Source: a virus
Taxonomy: Duplodnaviria; Caudoviricetes
Length of the DNA: 57,411 nt
Virus record (IMG/VR): IMGVR_UViG_3300027844_000349
Span: 1 to 57,411 of that record
Strand: one strand, 5' to 3'
Both the position numbers and the translations under genes were made by a program. Shown piece by piece: positions 17,006 to 26,085 of the stretch (its first letter is position 1; each line of letters starts with the position of its first letter). The notes beneath the pieces were generated by a model. That model worked only from the letters and a program-made list of their open reading frames with translations, was not told the origin of the DNA and did no database searches.

Positions 17006-17014
17006 ATTATAGCA
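17006..17014 (-). promoter_or_regulatory. extended -10 promoter TGCTATAAT
   Basis: upstream of the SprT-like gene. Confidence 0.5.
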
Positions 17015-17029
17015 CAAAACGTTCAAATA

Positions 17030-17065
17030 AAACAACAAACGCTCTGATAGATGTCAATCAGAGCG
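17030..17065 (-). terminator. intrinsic terminator
   Basis: minus strand CGCTCTGAT-TGACATCT-ATCAGAGCG then TTTGTTGTTT. Confidence 0.6.
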
Positions 17066-17092
17066 CAGTTGTAGATAGAGGATCACCCCCTC

Positions 17093-17242
17093 TTACTTAG
17101 AGTCGATGTCAAGCAATTTCATACCTAATGCTATTATACCTCCTGCTGCCATAGATGCAGTTTCAATTGATTCTATGCGTAAACCCCATATGCCCATCAC
17201 CCCTAAGGTTATGATTGCAACAAACATCTGTGGTCTAAACAT
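17093..17242 (-). CDS. 49-aa two-helix membrane protein (holin-like; not in ORF track)
   Basis: MFRPQMFVAIITLGVMGIWGLRIESIETASMAAGGIIALGMKLLDIDSK. Confidence 0.6.
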   Translation of the reverse strand: MFRPQMFVAIITLGVMGIWGLRIESIETASMAAGGIIALGMKLLDIDSK

Positions 17243-17364
17243 TACTTACGTCCACCTATTACCTTGCCCTGCTTTAAGCAGGGAGTACACATTGTACCAG
17301 TCTTAGTAGTTTTAGCATGTAGCTTTCTATTACAGCCTGGGCATCTCACCCAACTCTTCCTCAC
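17242..17364 (-). CDS. 40-aa zinc-ribbon protein (not in ORF track)
   Basis: MRKSWVRCPGC..MCTPCLKQ..; coupled at both ends (TAGTG, TAATG). Confidence 0.55.
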   Translation of the reverse strand: MRKSWVRCPGCNRKLHAKTTKTGTMCTPCLKQGKVIGGRK

Positions 17365-17531
17365 TAGATATCCCCACCATCATTAAAATACTTTTCCCAC
17401 TCCGCTTTAGATGTGGGCAAAGCTTTATTATGCATAGCCCATCCAGTCTTTGCCATTGAATTCTTAAAACCACAACAAGCTGAACTCACACATGCTCCAA
17501 TACAAACCGCCGCTGATACAAGAACCCTCAT
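17364..17531 (-). CDS. 55-aa protein with hydrophobic N-terminus (not in ORF track)
   Basis: AGGAGG RBS; MRVLVSAAVCIGACVSSACCGFK.. Confidence 0.5.
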   Translation of the reverse strand: MRVLVSAAVCIGACVSSACCGFKNSMAKTGWAMHNKALPTSKAEWEKYFNDGGDI

Positions 17532-17562
17532 AATATTATAATCCTCCTAAAATTAATTCACA

Positions 17563-17820
17563 CTATGGTGTGACTGATAGAAACTCCATGTCTCTATAAA
17601 GACAATCACATTCTTCACATCTACATGAACATGGTGTTTCACATTCACATAAGCCCTTTAAGGAATGAGCATTGTCTTTACAGAAACACTCTGATGGATG
17701 GCACTTATCACAATCACATACCATACAATCACATTCACGCTTGACCCCAACCTGTGACTGGTCACAGCTACATTCTTCACAAGAACAATCAGGGTCTTTA
17801 GGCCATAATTTTAATTGCAT
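17563..17820 (-). CDS. metallothionein-like Cys-rich protein
   Basis: 18 Cys in 85 aa, in CxC and CxCxxCxC clusters; own TATAAT and AAGGAGG. Confidence 0.65.
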   Translation of the reverse strand: MQLKLWPKDPDCSCEECSCDQSQVGVKRECDCMVCDCDKCHPSECFCKDNAHSLKGLCECETPCSCRCEECDCLYRDMEFLSVTP

Positions 17821-17849
17821 AACTCTCACCTCCTTACTCTATTATACCC

Positions 17850-17882
17850 AAAAGAAAGGGGTAGCCGAAAAAGCTACCCCTT
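17850..17882 (-). terminator. intrinsic terminator after the protease gene
   Basis: minus strand AAGGGGTAGC-TTTTTCG-GCTACCCCTT then TCTTTT. Confidence 0.75.
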
Positions 17883-17910
17883 AAGTATAACACATTCGGC
17901 CCTAAAAAAT

Positions 17911-19581
17911 TTATGTTTGGTTCTGCATCTCCATCCAGTTGAAGAACTGTTTAACAATAGCCTCTTCTACATGGTGTTCACCTAGATGTTGACCTGCCTC
18001 ATTAACCGTCCACGGGGGCTTAAGGTGGATTGGTATACCGAAGTCATCGGTTTCAGTTTCAATGACGGGTACATACCTAGCGGCTTCGGGGGGCACCTCA
18101 GATGGAAAGCCCTGCTCTCTCAAGAGACTATGGTGTTCAGCCTCCCTCCCCCCCTCATTGTTCAGAGTGGAGATGGAGTGGTCAGGGGAGAAGGGGTCTT
18201 CTTCTTTAATGATTCCAATTCCAAAAGCTTTATAAAGAGCCGCAGTTCCCTTCTGTTTTTTGGGGCGGGTGTGGTCATTGCCTTTATTAAGTGTCATATG
18301 TCGTTCTATTTCCTCTTTATATCTTTCAGGATTTCTACGCCACCCAGGAAATTTTTCATCCATTTCGTTTGGCCCGTTCATAGTAGTATCGCCTAAGTCA
18401 ACTGTGTATGATAGTTTCTCTAGCCAGTTACTGAAAGACTTGGCAAAGTCTACATCACCATCATCATTGAGTACCATAATCTCTCTGACATTATTCTCAT
18501 TCTCTAATACAGGTGAATCATCTATAGGAGCGAATACAGAACACCAGTCACTTGGCATAATCATTCCGTTCACTACATCACAGTCACTCATTCCAGGGTT
18601 AAAATATTTACAAGTACCACACATGATACCAGCATTCTTCTCTGGTTCAGAGGCATCCCTGTATTGCACTTGTTCCTTGCCTAGCTTACCAGTTTGTGAG
18701 CCTGTCTGAAAGTCTAGTGGGTGACCACCGTCTTCTTTAACAAGAACAGTAATATGTGAACCACAGGTTCCATCACATTCCTCTTTCTGTATTAGACAAC
18801 TACCATCAATGCAAGTCTTACGGTTAGGCTGTATAAACATTCCCTTGAGTAAGTCAAAGTTTGCTCCCTGGTTTACACCCTTCTCACAAACAGTTACTTC
18901 AGCTAATTCTAAATCATCAACCTGCATATAGGGTTGTAATCCTTTCTGCATAGTCTGTGTTTTTAGTGCACTTCCTGCAATAGAATAGCTCCTAAGTTTT
19001 CCCTCATTAATTTGGTCTATTACTTTCTTAGCTATACGAGTATCATCCCGTACCTCAGTAATAAAGAATAGTCCTTGTTCTCCCACACCTGACTTAAATA
19101 TCTGACCACCCTTAGATATGTACGCAGGCAAAGCCCAGCCTACCTGAACATCTGAATGAAGTACCATTGCATTCCTAGTACGGAAGTTAGCCATATACTT
19201 ATCAAATGCCTTAGTCAAAGCATTGGTAGTAATTAGGTGGCCCTCCCTGTCAATCACTTCAACAGAAGCTGGCCCTCCTACTACTACAGGCTCGTTCTCT
19301 AGACGAGCAGCTGCTTGACTGAAGTCTTCAACATCAGGAAAAGCTCTAGACAAAGTAAGTATCTCAGCACCGGATGCTATACCTGCTTTAAAGAGCCTTA
19401 CATACTCATCCAAGGCACCAGAAATATCTTGAACAGTGGTTGGGCCTACCTGCTTGTCGAGCAAACACAACTCACCCTCAGATTCGAAAAGAGATTCTAG
19501 CCCTGGCTTCCAAGATTCAGGAGTAGGAATTTTACCGAAAGAGTAGTCTATAAAATTAGTTAGCCCTGATGAATTCCCCAT
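17911..19581 (-). CDS. HK97-type prohead protease with C-terminal extension containing a HiPIP-like motif
   Basis: VGGPASVEVIDREGHLI, VLHS, LRSYSIAG, LAEVTVCEKGVNQGANF; QY..CGTC..F..C..V.G.I.P..WC. Confidence 0.75.
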   Translation of the reverse strand: MGNSSGLTNFIDYSFGKIPTPESWKPGLESLFESEGELCLLDKQVGPTTVQDISGALDEYVRLFKAGIASGAEILTLSRAFPDVEDFSQAAARLENEPVVVGGPASVEVIDREGHLITTNALTKAFDKYMANFRTRNAMVLHSDVQVGWALPAYISKGGQIFKSGVGEQGLFFITEVRDDTRIAKKVIDQINEGKLRSYSIAGSALKTQTMQKGLQPYMQVDDLELAEVTVCEKGVNQGANFDLLKGMFIQPNRKTCIDGSCLIQKEECDGTCGSHITVLVKEDGGHPLDFQTGSQTGKLGKEQVQYRDASEPEKNAGIMCGTCKYFNPGMSDCDVVNGMIMPSDWCSVFAPIDDSPVLENENNVREIMVLNDDGDVDFAKSFSNWLEKLSYTVDLGDTTMNGPNEMDEKFPGWRRNPERYKEEIERHMTLNKGNDHTRPKKQKGTAALYKAFGIGIIKEEDPFSPDHSISTLNNEGGREAEHHSLLREQGFPSEVPPEAARYVPVIETETDDFGIPIHLKPPWTVNEAGQHLGEHHVEEAIVKQFFNWMEMQNQT

Positions 19582-20471
19582 ACTACTCCATGTACTGCGG
19601 GAGTTCCTGATGCCGCTACCGCAGAAATTTTTGTTCTAAAGTCCACAGGCCATGTTGTTTCAAATACTTCACCAGGCCCAATCTTAAATCCCGCAGTAGC
19701 TGAAGCCGTCTGGTCAAGGGCTACATACACATCAATAGAGGCGTGAGTATTCTTTAATCTAAGACCCCGTATAACTGACATTCCCGCTCGACGTTTAGAT
19801 TCTGATGCATGAGCAGTTCCTATCCATTCGTAATTTACTCCTTGTGCTCCATCAACATAGTCAGTAATACTACTATCCTTACGTAGTTCTACATGGATTT
19901 TATCAACATAGAAGTTTATGTTATGTTGAGCAACTGTGACAACAGCAACTCTATAGGTAGCTGGTGGTCTAGTTATGGGATACTGAAGGGATAGCCTTAC
20001 GAAACCTGTAGTCAAACTATGGGGTGCCGAAGCAAGTAATTCCACTCCCGCACTATCCTGAATAGAAAGTTTAACAGTTCCTGAAGCCGATGCCCCCCTA
20101 ACTTCAACACTAGCGGTTAGGACTGAGCCTTCAGGGTGACCAACTAAAGTAGTAGTGGTATAATAAAACCCTTCATCTTTCGCAGCATTCGTAGGGTTAA
20201 CTAACAATGAATAAGTTCCAGTAGCTGCTTGTGCATTACTCTGAGAGATGGCTGACCCTGTAGCAGTAAACTCAGTCAAAGCATTAAGTTCAATTGATGG
20301 ATTCCTTACCATATTAACAGAGGGCATTCCTCTATCGACAGTGAATACATCTGATGCCGTTGTTGATAGGGTTGCCGTAATAGGTGCATACTTTGTGAAA
20401 GCATGAACACTTGTTCTAGTACTTGGGTCAACTTCCCAAGAAGCCCATTCATCCGCTCTATCATTTGCCAT
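19560..20471 (-). CDS. virion-associated beta-sandwich protein (carbohydrate-binding-module-like)
   Basis: NMVRNPSIE..ATGTYSLLV..FYVDKIHVE..DYVDG pattern; head module context. Confidence 0.5.
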   Translation of the reverse strand: MANDRADEWASWEVDPSTRTSVHAFTKYAPITATLSTTASDVFTVDRGMPSVNMVRNPSIELNALTEFTATGSAISQSNAQAATGTYSLLVNPTNAAKDEGFYYTTTTLVGHPEGSVLTASVEVRGASASGTVKLSIQDSAGVELLASAPHSLTTGFVRLSLQYPITRPPATYRVAVVTVAQHNINFYVDKIHVELRKDSSITDYVDGAQGVNYEWIGTAHASESKRRAGMSVIRGLRLKNTHASIDVYVALDQTASATAGFKIGPGEVFETTWPVDFRTKISAVAASGTPAVHGVVWGIHQG

Positions 20472-20473
20472 AT

Positions 20474-20746
20474 TTATTTATCTCCTGAAAGAAACCATTT
20501 GAATAGTACTGTTAGCCCTCCCATGACAGCGATGGTATGGACAAATAATAATCCTACCCCAAGGTAAGCTGATTTCATTCCTGTTAATCTACTTTTCCAC
20601 TCATATATCTCATCTATGTTAGTGTCTAGCCTTTCAAGTTTAGCACACATCTGTTCGTTTAACTTTGTCTGGCTTTCAATGTAGCTATCAAGTCTTTCCA
20701 TATATATTGCTAACTTAATATCTAAATCTGTCTGGTTGATAGCCAT
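20474..20746 (-). CDS. coiled-coil protein with C-terminal transmembrane helix (XhlA/holin-like)
   Basis: heptads, then AYLGVGLLFVHTIAVMGGLTVLFKWF. Confidence 0.55.
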   Translation of the reverse strand: MAINQTDLDIKLAIYMERLDSYIESQTKLNEQMCAKLERLDTNIDEIYEWKSRLTGMKSAYLGVGLLFVHTIAVMGGLTVLFKWFLSGDK

Positions 20747-20772
20747 GCTATATTAAACCCCCACATGAATAT

Positions 20773-20812
20773 GAAAGAGAGGGTGAGGGAATATTACAGC
20801 CCTCACCCCCTC
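20773..20812 (-). terminator. terminator after the major capsid gene
   Basis: minus strand GAGGGGGTGAGGG-loop-CCCTCACCCTCTC then TTTC. Confidence 0.65.
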
Positions 20813-20819
20813 AGATTAC

Positions 20820-22184
20820 TTAAGCAGTAAGGTCAGCTATCTTAGCCTGAACCCACATGTTTTTGCACCGTAACTCACCCATCGTGTACAACAGACCACG
20901 AACAACTAGTTGGTTCGCAGCGAAGTAATCACGGTTCTCAATATATTGAGTAGGTTGAGCAATAGCCATTTCAAGATAATCGGTATCCAACACGTAAATG
21001 TTAGAACCCAAAACGGCATCGGTAGTCGATACAGACTTCGGCACATCCGCATCAGGTAGGATTGGGATACCCATATAGGTAGCCAGAACCAATCCAGTAC
21101 GAGTACCAGGGAATGTACGCTCAGAGCCTACACCAACCTGATATTCTTCCTGACCCATATACCGTTGAGCGGAGTTTAGCAACCGCTCTAGCTTGAAGTA
21201 CTGATCGTGTCCCATGAGGATGAGCTTTGGCTCACCACCATTTTCCCGAACTTTCTGAATAGCTGTATCAATCAGAGTAAGGGAGAGTTCACGACCTGTG
21301 CCGCCGTTATAAGAAACGTAAGCACCGGCATTCCAATCGCCAGCTACACGACCACCAAAGGTAAGGTCATAAGCTCTAACGCCACCATTGGCAGCGAAGT
21401 TAGCGTGGTCAGCAGACAAGTTACCAAAAGACGCTCCGTCTTCAGCAACAATGTCATCAATGCTAGTAAAACCAGCACGAGCGTGAATTGCAATGCCATC
21501 CCCATCAACAGGAGTAGCATTGAAGGCAACACTGACAGTAACCGTTCCACCTGAAACAGCGGAGACTACACGAGTGTTCGTGTCCCAGTCATCAGCACTG
21601 GCATCATAGTGAACAACTGTATCCCCAATCTTAAAGTGCTTTCCTATAGCAGTAGGTACTACAAATGTAACAGTACTACCACCAGAAAGCAAATAAGCAG
21701 ATCCAGCCAGGATCTCCTCATTGATTTCTTTCACATGGTCGAGTTGAGCATGTTCATTCTCCATTGCGAGAACATCTCCGATACCACCTTCCATCTGCGC
21801 CGTGAAGACGGACTTCACGGAAGCACCGAAGGTCGTAGAGATTATACGAGGCAAGCTCGATATAGTCTCAATGTTGGAGACATCCACTGTTGGCAGACCA
21901 CCCGATTCTGAAACAGGACGGGAGCGGTTTGCACCACGGTCTGAACGAACACGCCAACCAGCTGTGTTGCCCCAGACTACTCTGGGAATTGCATTAAAGA
22001 ACCGTGTCTGGTTGTTCAATGCCTGCCATACTTTACGTCCATACGTAGTATTAAAGATACCAGTATCTGTGTCTACAGTGAAGCCGCCAATGTCGCCTTT
22101 CGACAAATAGTCAGACCCAAAGACTGATTGATACATACCACGTTGCGACTGAGCTAGATATTCTGCAAGTGATGGATTAGCCAT
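20820..22184 (-). CDS. major capsid protein (HK97 fold) with beta insertion
   Basis: size, biased codon usage, position after scaffold; LIDTAIQKVRENGGEPKLILM, TYMGIPILPD, IYVLDTDYL. Confidence 0.85.
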   Translation of the reverse strand: MANPSLAEYLAQSQRGMYQSVFGSDYLSKGDIGGFTVDTDTGIFNTTYGRKVWQALNNQTRFFNAIPRVVWGNTAGWRVRSDRGANRSRPVSESGGLPTVDVSNIETISSLPRIISTTFGASVKSVFTAQMEGGIGDVLAMENEHAQLDHVKEINEEILAGSAYLLSGGSTVTFVVPTAIGKHFKIGDTVVHYDASADDWDTNTRVVSAVSGGTVTVSVAFNATPVDGDGIAIHARAGFTSIDDIVAEDGASFGNLSADHANFAANGGVRAYDLTFGGRVAGDWNAGAYVSYNGGTGRELSLTLIDTAIQKVRENGGEPKLILMGHDQYFKLERLLNSAQRYMGQEEYQVGVGSERTFPGTRTGLVLATYMGIPILPDADVPKSVSTTDAVLGSNIYVLDTDYLEMAIAQPTQYIENRDYFAANQLVVRGLLYTMGELRCKNMWVQAKIADLTA

Positions 22185-22204
22185 AATTAATTATCTCCTT
22201 ATTT

Positions 22205-22972
22205 TTAGCTTAGAAGCTCACGGGGAATTCCGTCTGTCTGACCAGCCTGAACACGGGTTTGAAGTTCCCGCAATTCTTTATAAGACAGGTTAACCAATTG
22301 GTCAACTGTGTCTCCTTCAGTCTGCTGTTTAACAATCGGAGTCGTTCCGTCAGTTCCCAAGTCATACGAAATTTGTCGAGGGGCTGTCAAGCCAGTCTCT
22401 TCACGGAAACCCATCTTCCGCAAACGTTCTTCAGATTCAGTTTGAACCTGCTTTGAGATGTTGCCCTCAACGTTTGACAACTGCAATTGGAGGTCATTCA
22501 ATTGCTTAGTAAGGTCTTCTACAGACTTAGTTTCATATCTAGGCCCAGCTTCTTCATCATCTTCTGTATCTGCTTCTTCATCCACAGGATGCTTTTCGTC
22601 ATCGCCACCAGCTTCTTTCTGCATAGCTTGAATAGTAGCTTGTACATCTGCAATGCCACGAGTGGCATCTACCTGGGTAGCAGAATCATCTGCATCATTA
22701 CCAGTAGCTACTGATTTACCAGAACGTACTTTCAAACCGTCTACATCCAAACCATTATCAGACTTAATCATGTCAAAAACTTCGGTGGCAATTGACTTAA
22801 CCAGTTCTGACTTTGCAACGTCTTCGTCCTTTCTCTTCTCTTCCTCATCGTCATCTTCGTCTGCTTTCGCCAAACGCTCATCCATTTTACGGAGAACATC
22901 CGCCACCGCAGAGAGGGCCAAATTACTACCCTCCATTTGTTTCTCGATCCGTCCCAAAATCTCATCAGCCAT
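22205..22972 (-). CDS. capsid scaffolding protein
   Basis: acidic coiled coil directly upstream of the capsid gene; start at ATG 22972 after AAGGAGG. Confidence 0.7.
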   Translation of the reverse strand: MADEILGRIEKQMEGSNLALSAVADVLRKMDERLAKADEDDDEEEKRKDEDVAKSELVKSIATEVFDMIKSDNGLDVDGLKVRSGKSVATGNDADDSATQVDATRGIADVQATIQAMQKEAGGDDEKHPVDEEADTEDDEEAGPRYETKSVEDLTKQLNDLQLQLSNVEGNISKQVQTESEERLRKMGFREETGLTAPRQISYDLGTDGTTPIVKQQTEGDTVDQLVNLSYKELRELQTRVQAGQTDGIPRELLS

Positions 22973-23102
22973 AATATAGATTCCTCCTTTATAATACACG
23001 CTAATATTAATAAAGGTTGGTCTAAGCCACCGCCGACCTTCATTATATAAATCCCTAAGTTATTATACTACAAATACAGAAAAAACCTACTAAAACTCTG
23101 TT

Positions 23103-23315
23103 TTAATCAGAAACTTCTAAAGGGTTTCCAGCATTAAGTTTTAGTATGTCATTACGAAAATCATACAAAGGTACTTGTACAAGCTTCTTAAACTTCTCAC
23201 ATTGAGTACCTTCAGGCATGGAAGCTTCTATTAAGTCCAAAACTTTCCCTACCATCCGTGAATGCCTAGCTAAGATAAATTCTTGGTCTTCTGTTATGTT
23301 CAACTTTTCAGTCAT
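23103..23315 (-). CDS. hypothetical protein
   Basis: AAGGAGG RBS. Confidence 0.7.
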   Translation of the reverse strand: MTEKLNITEDQEFILARHSRMVGKVLDLIEASMPEGTQCEKFKKLVQVPLYDFRNDILKLNAGNPLEVSD

Positions 23316-23332
23316 GTTAACCTCCTTCTGTT

Positions 23333-23818
23333 CTAGCCTAAACTAGTAATTACTATTGTTTTTGGCAGTGCCCCTGACAGGGCACCACCTGAACTTAAGA
23401 CTTCTACCATAGATTGCTGCATACTCTGTTTAATAAACCCATGACCCATTCTACCGTGCTGGGATACTACACGCCACGGGCCTTTTTCATCTCCTTCCAA
23501 TGCAGGAATCTTTCTTGGTCGTTGGTAATTTGAATAGGTACGGGTTACCCACCTCAATGTACCATGATATCTTTGTCTATGTGAACGTGTCCACTTTTCT
23601 GACGGAACATCAGGCGTACCATACTCAACCTCTAGTGCATAAGAGGGGCCAGTCAAGCTATATGTATCTGGCCCCGTCCTATAAACTTTCAAGGAACTCT
23701 TAAGATTACCTGAAACAGTAGGCGTATTCAGCTGCAAACCCTGTTCAAAAGCAGCTACCAACGCCTCAAGAGCTGGTATAGCTACCTGCGTTCTTAGTTC
23801 CCTAGATAAAGACCCCAT
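23333..23818 (-). CDS. HK97 gp10-like tail-completion/neck protein
   Basis: TPTVSGNLKSS, YALEVEYGT, GHGFIKQS. Confidence 0.65.
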   Translation of the reverse strand: MGSLSRELRTQVAIPALEALVAAFEQGLQLNTPTVSGNLKSSLKVYRTGPDTYSLTGPSYALEVEYGTPDVPSEKWTRSHRQRYHGTLRWVTRTYSNYQRPRKIPALEGDEKGPWRVVSQHGRMGHGFIKQSMQQSMVEVLSSGGALSGALPKTIVITSLG

Positions 23819-23821
23819 ATT

Positions 23822-25126
23822 TTATACCACCTCTTTCCGATCTACCCACACAGAGGGCAGAGAATCTGTAAATTTACTAGAAGACCCATCATAACGATTT
23901 AAATATATTACTTCTTTACCTATATACCCATACTTAGGGTGCCAATACGTAACCAATTGTTTAGGTTTACTAATAACCGCCAACTGATTTAAAGCGTATT
24001 CATCACCACCCTTCATACATCCACATAGATGTGCTTCTCCTGTACCTATATCAAACTCATCTACTCTATGATAATGACCCATAAAAGCTGAATCAAAATA
24101 AGTACTACCATTAAAGCTCTCTTCATCTATTTGATTACTAGATACTTCTTCCTCTAACCCCATTCTATATTGTAGAACAGTCCTCATATTTGTAAGACTT
24201 CTTAGTACATCTCCAGTACCAGCCTTACCCTTCAAAGAATCTCCATGCATTATTAATATATTTCTATTACATACAGGGAACACATGGAAAAAGGTTTTCG
24301 GAATTTCAAACTCAATATTTTTTTGTTGGCTACAGAAAGCTGCTACCCACTGATACAGCATATAATCCCAGTTAACATACTTATCTTTAGCAGGAGGCTT
24401 GTTAGTCATACGTCCATGATTACCTACAACACACGGTACTCGTACTTTCTCAAAGTGTGGAGCCATGAACATCAAAGCTTGAGCAATCAGATTAGCCCCC
24501 CTCACCATTTGACCCATCGTGGTATCTTGGTTTGTTTCTCGTAATTCCTGATGGATATCTCCGCTAACCATATCCCCCAAAAGAGGAATGACTAGCTCAG
24601 GAACCTCTGCAAATGTCCTTCTATACTCTACTAAGTCTAGTATCTGAGATGCCCATCCATATAGTCTAGAATTAAAGATGTCAATCGTATAAGCATTCAA
24701 ACTACCCATCTGATTGTAATCTACATTGTCACCTATATGTGTATCGGATAACGGAGCTACTACACTCTGAGGTTCTCGACCTCTCCTACCCTGTATTACT
24801 GGAGATTTAACTAATGATTGTTCTTTAAAGGGTTTCGTCACAGTCTTAATAATATCAATGATAGACTGATGTGTACTGATTTCATCAGATGCCTGCCCAT
24901 AAAGTTTCTTGTAGTGTTCAGCTTCATGCTTATAAGTATCTACTTGCTTCTCTAATTTACTATCTCCTCCCTCTTCGTAATCCCCCTCCTTGTCGTACCA
25001 ACGTTGAATAGTACTGCGATGTACGCCTATGCCCGTTTCCTCCTCCATCCATTCGGCTATCGCCGTCCATGTTTCCCCGCTCTGCCTCTTTTTTACTATC
25101 TCTGATTTTGCCTGTTCTGGAATCAT
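23822..25126 (-). CDS. calcineurin-like metallophosphoesterase with N-terminal HTH
   Basis: SDTHIG, LGDMV, GNHG, HGD, GHYH; WTAIAEW..HRSTIQRW. Confidence 0.8.
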   Translation of the reverse strand: MIPEQAKSEIVKKRQSGETWTAIAEWMEEETGIGVHRSTIQRWYDKEGDYEEGGDSKLEKQVDTYKHEAEHYKKLYGQASDEISTHQSIIDIIKTVTKPFKEQSLVKSPVIQGRRGREPQSVVAPLSDTHIGDNVDYNQMGSLNAYTIDIFNSRLYGWASQILDLVEYRRTFAEVPELVIPLLGDMVSGDIHQELRETNQDTTMGQMVRGANLIAQALMFMAPHFEKVRVPCVVGNHGRMTNKPPAKDKYVNWDYMLYQWVAAFCSQQKNIEFEIPKTFFHVFPVCNRNILIMHGDSLKGKAGTGDVLRSLTNMRTVLQYRMGLEEEVSSNQIDEESFNGSTYFDSAFMGHYHRVDEFDIGTGEAHLCGCMKGGDEYALNQLAVISKPKQLVTYWHPKYGYIGKEVIYLNRYDGSSSKFTDSLPSVWVDRKEVV

Positions 25127-25232
25127 ATTCTCTCCTTACTGTGAGTACTATAACTTTACCGCACATGCGGCAACTCAAATCTTTATCTTCATTCAGATAC
25201 ATGAGTCCTTTACATTTAGGACACATCATCAA
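24960..25232 (-). CDS. zinc-ribbon protein
   Basis: CPKCKG..CRMCG; C-terminus overlaps the next gene. Confidence 0.5.
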   Translation of the reverse strand: MMMCPKCKGLMYLNEDKDLSCRMCGKVIVLTVRREYDSRTGKIRDSKKEAERGNMDGDSRMDGGGNGHRRTSQYYSTLVRQGGGLRRGRR

Positions 25233-26085
25233 TCTCTGTCTTTACAATAAACTTATTCTCATAGGTTGTAACACACTTCTGAAAAAATCCATCTATAAAT
25301 TGCGTACCACTGTCTTCCTTTTCTACTACCCACCAATTCCGGTCTTCCTCCTCATCATCCTCATTATTAGTATTTACGCCTCTAGGAATTCTATCCTTAT
25401 CATCGGTTCTCCGTAGGGAATCATTCTGTCCAGCTTGTCCATAACCATCTGATTTACTAACATCTTTATCATAGCCACGGATTTTCTCTTCCACATCAGC
25501 TTGATGTGCCAAGGTATAATCTGACCACTTCTCTTTCTCCTTAGAATTTTTAGACCTTTCTACATACTGAGGTGGTGGGTCTGGATCTACTCTTACGCCA
25601 TAGCCTTTATAGAACTGTCCCTCTGGTAAATTGTTATGGGCCACTGAATGCTCAGTCTCATCCTCCTTCTTTTTCCAATCTATTCGTTTTGGGTTGTTCA
25701 AAGGTTCAGAAGTATCGGTTAGAGCATGGTTATTATTATGAGTCTTCTCTATAAACTCATTCAGTTTATTAAGTTCTTTAGAAAATATTTTCGGAGTACC
25801 ACCATTTAAAAAGTTATCAACTTTTTTTGGCCCTTCTGAATGTTTTCTTTTTTTGTTGCTGCCATACGTAGGTGTATAGACATCCGTTGATGTGAAGACT
25901 GTAGCTTCCCCCCCTTCTCCTCCACCATCTTCTTTCTTAAAGGAAGTATCAACAGATTCTATATTACGCAGACGAGCATTACGAGCAATCTCTCCAGCTG
26001 ACTGAGGTTTTTCTCCCTCATCTATAGCACCTGTATCCATTTTAGATTCGTATATTAACTTACGCTTTCTTTTAGACTTCGACAT
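25216..26085 (-). CDS. charged low-complexity protein, possible internal head protein
   Basis: coupled to the portal gene; repeated hydrophobic-x-K motifs. Confidence 0.55.
   Translation of the reverse strand: MSKSKRKRKLIYESKMDTGAIDEGEKPQSAGEIARNARLRNIESVDTSFKKEDGGGEGGEATVFTSTDVYTPTYGSNKKRKHSEGPKKVDNFLNGGTPKIFSKELNKLNEFIEKTHNNNHALTDTSEPLNNPKRIDWKKKEDETEHSVAHNNLPEGQFYKGYGVRVDPDPPPQYVERSKNSKEKEKWSDYTLAHQADVEEKIRGYDKDVSKSDGYGQAGQNDSLRRTDDKDRIPRGVNTNNEDDEEEDRNWWVVEKEDSGTQFIDGFFQKCVTTYENKFIVKTEIDDVS

Noticed and set aside
1-17900. Stop-codon recoding as the cause of the many short ORFs
   Set aside because: Conserved genes are intact in the standard code, all three stop codons are used, and the small ORFs have their own RBSs.
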